A stretch of DNA of 64,000 bases from Pirellulaceae bacterium. Lineage in GTDB: Bacteria > Planctomycetota > Planctomycetia > Pirellulales > Pirellulaceae. Positions 56,479 through 64,000 of this stretch are shown here, one piece after another. Below the pieces are notes generated by a model. It worked only from the letters and a program-made list of their open reading frames with translations, did not search any database and was not told the DNA's origin. The stretch is from contig JBGSNA010000157.1 of assembly GCA_041739875.1 (NCBI GenBank), positions 24,859 to 88,858 of the forward strand, read 5' to 3'. A program made the position numbers and the translations under genes. Positions within the stretch are counted from its first letter, which is position 1. Each line of letters begins with the position of its first letter.

Positions 56479-59400
56479 TTAGATCTGACGCTTCTCGAGT
56501 TGCATGTTGAGCGCCAATCCACGAATCTCATTCGTGAGCACGTCAAAGCTGGCAGGCGTGCCAGCCTCGAGCGTATTCTCGCCCTTGACCATCGATTCGT
56601 AGATCTTGGTACGACCCTCGACGTCATCGCTCTTGACGGTAAGCAACTCTTGCAAGATGTACGCTGCTCCGTACGCCTCGAGTGCCCACACTTCCATTTC
56701 CCCGAAGCGTTGACCGCCGAAGCGTGCCTTTCCGCCAAGTGGCTGTTGCGTGATGAGCGAGTAGGGACCTGTGCTTCGAGCATGGACCTTGTCGTCCACC
56801 AAGTGGTGCAGTTTCAGCATATAGATGTAGCCGACCGTCGTCTCTTGTGAACAGGGTTCACCAGTGCGACCGTCCGTGAGACGAATCTTACCGTGAGCCG
56901 GTAGGCCTGCGTCAGCGAGACACTGGTTGATGTCTTCCTCGGTTGCACCGTCGAACACAGGCGTGATCGCTTGGAAGCCAAGCTTTGCGCCTGCCCAGCC
57001 AAGGTGCGTTTCAAGAATTTGTCCCACGTTCATCCGGCTTGGAACGCCAAGCGGATTGAGCATGATTTGCAGAGGCGTACCGTCTGGCAACATCGGCATG
57101 TCTTCGATCGGAAGAATCTTCGCGATCACACCCTTGTTACCGTGACGACCAGCCATCTTGTCACCAACGCTGATCACTCGCTTGGTCGCGATGTAGACCT
57201 TGACCATTTGCAAGACGCCGGAGCGAAGTTCATCGCCCCGCTTCATGCTGTTCAGCTTGCGATCACGAGTATCGATGGCCGCTTCGACATTTTCCCACTG
57301 TTGCTTGTAGACCTTCTCCACGTCCGCTTTCTTGGCGTCCGTTTTGACTTGATCGAGAATGTGGTCGATGCGGAAGTTCACAGCACGCTCAGCCACGAAC
57401 TTCGGATCTTGTCCATCGGCCAAAGGAGTACCGGTTGCGTCCTTGAACTTGGTTCCACCAGCGGTTTCCAGGTCTCGCACAAACGATTCAAACGTACTTG
57501 CGATTTCTTCGTTGCCTTCGGTCTCGGCACTCTTCAGTTCCTTCTCGAACACCTTTCGTTCATCTTCCGTCAAACTCATCCGACGCGAGAACTTCTGGGC
57601 TTCGATCACGATCCCTTCGATGCCTGATGGCACTTCGAGTGAATCGTTTTTGACGTCTTCGCCAGCTCGACCGAAAATCGCATGCAGCAATTTTTCTTCT
57701 GGCGTTAGCTCGGTCTTGCTCTTCGGGCTGACCTTGCCGACCAAAATATCGCCTGGCTTCACGAAGGTGCCGACTTGGACAATCCCGCTTTCATCGAGAT
57801 TGCGAAGTGCTTTCTCGGAAACATTCGGAATGTCGCGAGTGAACTCTTCGCGGCCTAGCTTCGTTTCGCGAATTTCGACATCAAAGTCTTCGATGTGAAT
57901 CGAAGTGTAGGTGTCGTTTCTCACCAGCTCTTCGCTGATGATGATCGCATCCTCGTAATTGTACCCGTCAAACGACATGAACCCGACAAGCACGTTACGG
58001 CCCAACGCGAGTTCGCCCAAGCGAGTCGCCGCCCCGTCAGCGATAATTTGGCCGCTTTCGACCTTGTCACCCACATTGACGATCGGCTTTTGGTTCTGGC
58101 ACGTCCGCTCGTTCAACCCTTGATACTTCTTCATGTGATAGTGATCACTGCCGATTTCGATCCGAGTCGAATCGCAATAAGTCACTTTGCCGGCGCGACG
58201 AGCGCGCACGACCATCGCACTGTTCTTGGCAACTTCACGTTCCATGCCTGTACCGACGATCGGCGGTTCCGCCACGAGTAGCGGCACAGCTTGTCGCTGC
58301 ATGTTGCTACCCATGAGCGCGCGGTTGGCATCGTCGTGCTCCAAGAACGGAATCAATCCCGCGGACACACCGACCATTTGGGCTGGTGCAACGTCCATGT
58401 AGTGGACCTGATCAGGAAGAACGATTTCAAAGTCGCTTCGGAACCGAGCGATCATATTCGGACCGGAAACCAAGGCACCATCCTTGACCTCTGTATCTGC
58501 CGGAGCGACATAGGACTCGCTTTCCTCGTCCGCACGCAGCCATACCGTTTCATTCGTGACTTTACCGTCTTTGATCTTTCGGTACGGAGTCACAAGGAAA
58601 CCGTAATCATCGACGCCTGCGTAAATCGCCAGCGAACTGATCAAACCGATGTTCGTACCTTCAGGTGTCTCGATCGGGCAAATTCGGCCGTAGTGCGAAA
58701 TGTGGACGTCACGGACTTCAAAGCCTGCGCGCTTACGATTCAATCCGCCTGGTCCGAGTGCCGAGAGCCGACGCTCGTGAGTCAATTGGCTCAAGGGGTT
58801 AGTTTGGTCAACGACCTGGGAAAGTTCACCACGACCAAAGAAGTAATCAATCGCAGCCGAAACACTCTTCGGGTTGATCAACGACCGCGGGGTCATGTCT
58901 TGTGCGTCCTTGATGCTCATCCGTTCTTGAACAGTACGACGCAGCTTCAAGAAACCCTTTCGGAGTTCTTCGCAAGCCAGTTCGTCAATCGTTCTCAAAC
59001 GACGATTGCCCAAGTGGTCAATGTCATCGATCTCCGCACCGCTTTCTGAATCGAACAGGTCGATCAGGTAACGGATCGTTGCAATCATGTCGTCTGGACG
59101 AAGTGTCATCACTTCTTCGCTGACGCCTTGGCCCAGTTTACGGTTGAGCCGGAAGCGACCGACCTTACCAAGTCGATAGCGATTCTCGTCGTAGAATTTC
59201 TCGGTAAAGAGCGTCTTCGCCTTTTCCAATTGCGGCGGATTGCCTGGACGTAACCGTTGGTAGATCCGCAGCAGGGCTTCTTCGTGGCTCGCCGTGTTGT
59301 CTTCCATCAACGTGTTGAAAATCAACGGAATCTTTGGCGGATCCATGCAGTCGACCGATTTTACACCTGCAGTGCAAATTGTTTCGGCAACTTCTTTGGT

Positions 59401-60201
59401 GATTTTGTGGCCAGCCTCGACGATGATCTCACCAGCTCGATCGCTGCCGCTCGGGTACACGACATCATCGACAGCAATCTTGCCTTCGATGTTCGCCGCA
59501 CTCTTGCCGCTCGTGATCTTTTGGTTCTTGGTCTCGTAGAATGCGGCAAGTAAGTCGGCATCCGTGGAGTACTTTGGATCCATCGCCCGAAGCAGGGTCG
59601 TCGCAGCAAACTTGCCGCTTTGGTCGATGCGAACTGTCAGCGAATCTTTCTTCGTGACGTTTACTTCGATCCACGAACCGCGTTCGGGAATCACGCGAGC
59701 GCTCGGAAGCTTGCGGTCCGAAGTCGTGTCTTGCTCGAGCACGAAGTCGACGCCAGGGCTACGGTGCAATTGACTCACCACGACGCGTTCAGCACCGTTG
59801 ATGATAAATTCACCGCCGCCGAGCATGATCGGGATATCGCCCAAATACACTTCTTCTTCAAGTGGCTCTTCGCGATTCAGACGCAACCAAATCCGCAACG
59901 GCCGACCATAGGTCAGTCGAAGTTGGCGGCATTCCGGACTGGTATAGCGAGGTTTGCCAAGCTCGTAGTACAGATACTCAAGCGTGGTATTACCGTCATA
60001 ACTGGCAATAGGAAAGATTTCGCGAAGAACGCTTTCCAAGCCTTCATTTTTGCGATGACGCGAGTCCGTATCTTCCTGGAGGAAGGCGGCATAAGAAATA
60101 GTCTGCAATGCGGTCAGGTCGGGCAACTCAAATGAGTTCAAACCAGTTCCGAAATGCCGAATTTTAGTGGGCTGGAGGCGACGCTGGGTCGTTGTTGCCA
60201 T
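56479..60201 (-). CDS. rpoB: DNA-directed RNA polymerase subunit beta
   Basis: [13 protein letters not shown], the rifampicin-region block [34 protein letters not shown], and the C-terminal [21 protein letters not shown] 60201 is chosen. Confidence 0.97.
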   Translation of the reverse strand: MATTTQRRLQPTKIRHFGTGLNSFELPDLTALQTISYAAFLQEDTDSRHRKNEGLESVLREIFPIASYDGNTTLEYLYYELGKPRYTSPECRQLRLTYGRPLRIWLRLNREEPLEEEVYLGDIPIMLGGGEFIINGAERVVVSQLHRSPGVDFVLEQDTTSDRKLPSARVIPERGSWIEVNVTKKDSLTVRIDQSGKFAATTLLRAMDPKYSTDADLLAAFYETKNQKITSGKSAANIEGKIAVDDVVYPSGSDRAGEIIVEAGHKITKEVAETICTAGVKSVDCMDPPKIPLIFNTLMEDNTASHEEALLRIYQRLRPGNPPQLEKAKTLFTEKFYDENRYRLGKVGRFRLNRKLGQGVSEEVMTLRPDDMIATIRYLIDLFDSESGAEIDDIDHLGNRRLRTIDELACEELRKGFLKLRRTVQERMSIKDAQDMTPRSLINPKSVSAAIDYFFGRGELSQVVDQTNPLSQLTHERRLSALGPGGLNRKRAGFEVRDVHISHYGRICPIETPEGTNIGLISSLAIYAGVDDYGFLVTPYRKIKDGKVTNETVWLRADEESESYVAPADTEVKDGALVSGPNMIARFRSDFEIVLPDQVHYMDVAPAQMVGVSAGLIPFLEHDDANRALMGSNMQRQAVPLLVAEPPIVGTGMEREVAKNSAMVVRARRAGKVTYCDSTRIEIGSDHYHMKKYQGLNERTCQNQKPIVNVGDKVESGQIIADGAATRLGELALGRNVLVGFMSFDGYNYEDAIIISEELVRNDTYTSIHIEDFDVEIRETKLGREEFTRDIPNVSEKALRNLDESGIVQVGTFVKPGDILVGKVSPKSKTELTPEEKLLHAIFGRAGEDVKNDSLEVPSGIEGIVIEAQKFSRRMSLTEDERKVFEKELKSAETEGNEEIASTFESFVRDLETAGGTKFKDATGTPLADGQDPKFVAERAVNFRIDHILDQVKTDAKKADVEKVYKQQWENVEAAIDTRDRKLNSMKRGDELRSGVLQMVKVYIATKRVISVGDKMAGRHGNKGVIAKILPIEDMPMLPDGTPLQIMLNPLGVPSRMNVGQILETHLGWAGAKLGFQAITPVFDGATEEDINQCLADAGLPAHGKIRLTDGRTGEPCSQETTVGYIYMLKLHHLVDDKVHARSTGPYSLITQQPLGGKARFGGQRFGEMEVWALEAYGAAYILQELLTVKSDDVEGRTKIYESMVKGENTLEAGTPASFDVLTNEIRGLALNMQLEKRQI

Positions 60202-60769
60202 CGTTGGGGAGAGCTCCTTCACAAGCCGGTTAGTACTGCGGCGACATGTCAATACGTTCAGCGCGAACCGTCAGACCGTGTTTGGAAAACAGTCTGGGGA
60301 GCCAAGAAACTGCCAAATTCCGCAGTGGTATGATGGACACCAAGCGGTCTCGAAAGGCAAAAGGGACGCGGGAACGCAACATCGGGCCGATGATCACGCT
60401 CGAAAAATAACAGATCATCCCATTTTGCGAAAGGGCAACAGACGCAATCTGGCGCGAATAATGCTCATGTCGGTCCTCGCTACCCGGAATCCTTGGCTTA
60501 CCTAGACCTTCAGTAAGCGGAATTTATGGGTATTTCCAAAGCCTTGAGCCGTCCGGTGGCCCTCGTCGAGTTTTCTTGATTAAGCTACTGTCAGTCTCGC
60601 GAGCGAGAGCTTTTGACCTGCAATAGGCTATGTATGTCCACGTGTCCGGCCGTCGTAGCGGATGCCGTGGCTGTGGGTAGTGGGTTTTGAAACCACAGGT
60701 CATCGGCCTCACGGTGACAGATAATTCGATGGTCCAGCCCCTACTTTTCTTGGCGTCAACCAAATCAAG

Positions 60770-61747
60770 ATGACGGCGAATACACTTTCTCCTGCGACTG
60801 ACGCTTCGGCTTCGACGGTTAGCTCGGTGGCTCGAGCGGACGTCATTATGGCGTGCTACAACGCGATGCCGTATCTGCCGGAAGCCATTGCATCGATCGT
60901 GAACCAGTCGTTCCGGGATTTCTGTTTGTTCGTGGTCGATGATGGATCCACAGACGGCTCGAGCGACTATTTGGAAAAGATCGCATTGACGGACTCGCGA
61001 ATCCGTGTCACTCGCCAAGCCAACCAAGGCCAACAAGCTGCAGCTAATCTTGGTATCAGCTTGGGTAAAGCGGAGTACATCATCCGAATGGACGCTGACG
61101 ACGTGGCTGATCCGGATCGGCTTCGTCGGCAAATCGAATTTATGGACGCAAATCCAGACGTGGGGCTTTCTGGCGGTCAGCTCCAGCGAATGGGTTCAAA
61201 GAAAACTGGGCTCGTTTCGAATCTGCCGTTGGACCACGATTCCATTGTCGCGGGACTGATGAAAAACCATCACACCATGTGCAACGGTACCTGTATTTTT
61301 CGTCGCGAGCTCTTTCAGCAAGTTGGAGGCTATTGGGAGCACAATATTTCGGAAGATTGGGATTTGTTCCTTCGATTTTCGGAGGTTTCCGAGCTCGCTA
61401 ACCAAGAGCATTGTTTTCTTGCGTATCGGCTGCATCGGGCGAGCGTTAATGGTAGGCGAATTGTCGAGGCCCAGCTTTACAACGAATATGCCGCCGAGCG
61501 TCATCGCCGCCGACGTTTGTGTGTGCCGGAAATCAGCTACCAGGAATTCCTCAGCGAGCATCGATACAGTGGCTGGCCTGGATCTTGGCTTTTTTATCTC
61601 GATGCCCAGTCGATTGGCGAATACCGCCGGGCGATTGCGGACATGTACAGCGGGCATCCGATTCAGGGCTATTTGAGGCTCGGTTTTTCAATGGCGATGT
61701 CGCCGGGACGTACGGTGCGGCGACTCGTCAACATGCTCATTGGCTAG
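60770..61747 (+). CDS. glycosyltransferase family 2
   Basis: VIMACYNAMPYLPEAIASIVNQSF, VVDDGSTDGS and MDADD (DxD) motifs. Confidence 0.85.
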   Translation: MTANTLSPATDASASTVSSVARADVIMACYNAMPYLPEAIASIVNQSFRDFCLFVVDDGSTDGSSDYLEKIALTDSRIRVTRQANQGQQAAANLGISLGKAEYIIRMDADDVADPDRLRRQIEFMDANPDVGLSGGQLQRMGSKKTGLVSNLPLDHDSIVAGLMKNHHTMCNGTCIFRRELFQQVGGYWEHNISEDWDLFLRFSEVSELANQEHCFLAYRLHRASVNGRRIVEAQLYNEYAAERHRRRRLCVPEISYQEFLSEHRYSGWPGSWLFYLDAQSIGEYRRAIADMYSGHPIQGYLRLGFSMAMSPGRTVRRLVNMLIG

Positions 61748-61879
61748 TGAGTCGGATAGCGGAATTTCGTTTGTGGCGATGCGCTAGCATGGATCGCAGA
61801 AAAGAAGACGTTAGAATCCGGTCCAACCCGCTGTTGGTTTCTTCCAAGCCCGATTGTCTCCAGCCCCTGTGTTTGCGCC

Positions 61880-62848
61880 GTGAACGTCTCTGATTTTCTC
61901 GAACAACATTTCCGCCACTTCAACGCGCGGGAGACGCTTGCGGCGGCTCGCTCGTATCGCCATTTCGTATCAGCGGAAAACAAAGGGCAAATGATGGTCA
62001 CGCTCGCGGGTGCAATGAGCACTGCCGAGCTCGGGATTTCACTGGCTGAGATGATTCGCCAAGGCAAGGTGCATGCGATCACTTGTACCGCCGCAAATCT
62101 CGAAGAAGACATCTTCAATCTTGTCGCGCATAACGACTATCGCATCATCGAAAACTGGCGAGCACTCTCGGTCGAGGACGAAGTCAAGCTTCGTGAAGAG
62201 GGTTTCAATCGAGTGACCGACACTTGCATTCCAGAGACCGTGATGCGACATCTCGAACGCCGTCTAACACGCCGTTGGGTGGAAGTCGCTCAAACTGACT
62301 ATTCACTGACGCCAGCGGAATTCATGTTCGAACTGCTCGACGACGAAGAACTGAAGCAACACTACCAGATTCCGCGCGAGCACAGTTGGCTTGCTGCGGC
62401 CAAGGATGCTGGTATCCCAGTCATCGTGCCTGGTTTCGAAGATTCAACACTTGGAAATATCTATGCCGCGCGAGTCTATGACGGGACTGTCGCCAACCAT
62501 TCAGCGATCACGACGGGAACGGGCCAGATGGAAATCTTGATTCGCTGGTACCAAGAAGCAGCGAAACGTGGCCCGATCGGTTTCTTTCAAATTGGTGGCG
62601 GGATCGCAGGCGACTTCCCGATTTGTGTTGTGCCAGCACTGATTCAAGACCTCAAGCTTGACATGCCGTTCTGGGCGTATTTCTGCCAGATCAGTGACGC
62701 GGTCACCAGTTACGGTGGTTACAGTGGTGCGGTTCCTAACGAAAAAATCACTTGGGCCAAACTTAACGCTGAGACACCCAAGTTCATGATCCAGAGTGAT
62801 GCGACCATCGTCGCTCCATTGGTTTTTGCTTACGTCCTGGGCTGGTAG
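61880..62848 (+). CDS. deoxyhypusine synthase-like protein (possible homospermidine synthase)
   Basis: The length and blocks (TLAGAMSTAELG, ITCTAANLEEDI, GGGIAGDFP) are typical of the DHS family. Confidence 0.85.
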   Translation: MNVSDFLEQHFRHFNARETLAAARSYRHFVSAENKGQMMVTLAGAMSTAELGISLAEMIRQGKVHAITCTAANLEEDIFNLVAHNDYRIIENWRALSVEDEVKLREEGFNRVTDTCIPETVMRHLERRLTRRWVEVAQTDYSLTPAEFMFELLDDEELKQHYQIPREHSWLAAAKDAGIPVIVPGFEDSTLGNIYAARVYDGTVANHSAITTGTGQMEILIRWYQEAAKRGPIGFFQIGGGIAGDFPICVVPALIQDLKLDMPFWAYFCQISDAVTSYGGYSGAVPNEKITWAKLNAETPKFMIQSDATIVAPLVFAYVLGW

Positions 62849-62941
62849 TTGCAAAAACAGGATCGGAATTGACCGGTCCGACATGTTTTTGCGGCTAACG
62901 ACTGATTCGCAATCTAAGTTTGCTTTGTACGTGTTCTGCAC

Positions 62942-63454
62942 ATGGGCAAGGAGAAACGCTTGCGATTCGATCGACGAAATGCAATGACGCTCATCGAGGT
63001 GACGATTGTCATCTTGGTGCTTGGTATTGTTGCCGCCTTATCCGTTCCTCGGATTTCTATTGGGGTCCAGACGGCGCAGTTGCGTACAGCTGTGGCCGGA
63101 ATTGAGTCGCACCTCGCGTTCGCACGAGCGACGGCAATCCATCGCGGTCGATCGGTTACTGTCACGTTCGTTAACTCGCTCGAAACCTACAGCAGCACCG
63201 ACATCGGATTCCCCGAACAGCCGGCTTCGACGTTGCTCGTCGATTTAAGATCGGCGTACGATGCGTCGCTGAATCTGGAAGCCAGCTTTGACGGGATCAC
63301 CTCGATCACGTTTGAGTCTGAAGGACTGCCGCTCGCTGGCACTTCACCGCTAGCCAATGGAGTCATCCATGTCAGTGCCGGTGGACTGGTCTATCGAATC
63401 ACGATCAAACCAGGTCTCGGGACGGTCTCTAGCTCGCTTGTCTCATCCAGTTGA
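62942..63454 (+). CDS. prepilin-type N-terminal cleavage/methylation domain protein (GspH/FimT-like pseudopilin)
   Basis: N-terminal MTLIEVTIVILVLGIVAA helix followed by a GspH-like segment (LRTAVAGIESHLAFARATAIHRGRSVTVTF). Confidence 0.7.
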   Translation: MGKEKRLRFDRRNAMTLIEVTIVILVLGIVAALSVPRISIGVQTAQLRTAVAGIESHLAFARATAIHRGRSVTVTFVNSLETYSSTDIGFPEQPASTLLVDLRSAYDASLNLEASFDGITSITFESEGLPLAGTSPLANGVIHVSAGGLVYRITIKPGLGTVSSSLVSSS

Positions 63455-63466
63455 TCCATCGTCACC

Positions 63467-64000
63467 ATGCGCCAAGTGAACTCACTACGACCGGAAAACG
63501 CTCAACGCCTCTGGCGAAGCAGAGAGCTTCGTGATCACTCGAGATACAGTCGCCGGGCTGCGTTCACATTGCTCGAGCTTGTCGCTACCCTGCTATCGGC
63601 CACCGTTCTGCTAGCTGGTTTAGCCTCCACAGTTGCGGTCGCATTGTCTCTGCTCGATGTCCCCGAGACGCAATCGCACGATGCGCTCACGCGAGAGATC
63701 CGAGATCGGATGGCCATGGACTTGCGATATGCAACGTCACTGACGCATCCCAATAGCTCAACGATAACGCTCCAGCGTACCGGTCCTGTCACCGCGCTAC
63801 CCGAGCAAGTGACTTATGCTTTTCGCAATACGGGATTGAGCCGGCAAGTCAACTCAAATTCTAGTGCCGCACTCGACACTGTTCCTGCTGGATATGTTGC
63901 GACGGCGGACAGCTACGCTTTGCCGACAATGACACCTGAAAAATCAACATGCTTGATATCGGTGTCGAAAGCTGCGAGTTCAGGCTCGACGAATAGCCTC
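63467..64000 (+). CDS. prepilin-type N-terminal domain protein (minor pseudopilin, GspJ-like), truncated by the window end
   Basis: I translated this manually from ATG 63467 and found no stop before the window end. AAFTLLELVATLLSATVLLAGL prepilin helix, then ITLQRTG..VTYAFRNTGLSRQV. Confidence 0.6.
   Translation, partial: MRQVNSLRPENAQRLWRSRELRDHSRYSRRAAFTLLELVATLLSATVLLAGLASTVAVALSLLDVPETQSHDALTREIRDRMAMDLRYATSLTHPNSSTITLQRTGPVTALPEQVTYAFRNTGLSRQVNSNSSAALDTVPAGYVATADSYALPTMTPEKSTCLISVSKAASSGSTNSL

Noticed and set aside
56971-60135. A series of 170-250-aa plus-strand ORFs inside the rpoB region.
   Set aside because: They are antisense shadows of rpoB ([13 protein letters not shown] and other motifs on the minus strand), with no independent coding signal.
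60524-61132. A 202-aa minus-strand ORF overlapping the GT2 start.
   Set aside because: The GT2 frame has the DDGSTDGS and DADD motifs. The antisense ORF is R/H/C-rich and would leave the GT2 N-terminus unexplained.

Overview
This is a gene-dense, moderately GC-rich bacterial chromosomal window with about 50 CDS on both strands. I found no rRNA, tRNA, CRISPR array, transposase or integrase. All calls come from reading the supplied ORF translations and the DNA by eye; I ran no searches. Several features suggest a Planctomycetota (Pirellulaceae-like) genome, as inference only: a formylglycine-type sulfatase, ECF sigma and Ser/Thr kinase genes, prepilin-type pseudopilins, lpxI, many starts without an SD, and rpoBC standing alone.

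The recognisable core is housekeeping:
- Polyamines: speA and a deoxyhypusine-synthase-like gene.
- Fe-S and envelope quality control: erpA/iscA-like, rhomboid, MATE, HtrA, DksA/TraR-like, sulfatase, msrA plus thioredoxin.
- Central functions: hisS, purU, lpxD-lpxI, ispE, spoVG, fabZ-like, nadE, two PNP paralogs, gap, rpoB-rpoC.
- Surface: GT2, GT10 and pseudopilins.

No defence island or mobile element is evident. The stretches most worth a second look are:
1. 9.8-18.8 kb: a giant FHA/coiled-coil/acidic membrane protein, followed by an ECF sigma, a catalytically dead kinase-like protein and a zinc-ribbon polytopic Ser/Thr kinase.
2. 42.6-46.4 kb: a tight same-strand cluster of two PNP paralogs, a GXGXG beta-helix protein and a degenerate glutamate-synthase-like barrel. 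It has a 15-bp tandem repeat and a 16-bp start-site duplication in its spacers.
3. A soluble protein carrying only the MCP hairpin tip plus a Cache-like domain, next to a translationally coupled pair of unknown membrane proteins.
4. A SpoVG with a zinc-ribbon insertion.
5. A trio of all-helical proteins, one of them TelA/YaaN-like.
6. A 32-aa very basic ORF with a KANHGxRP motif reminiscent of ribosomal protein bL37.

Every functional proposal for these is a hypothesis that needs HMM or structure searches.
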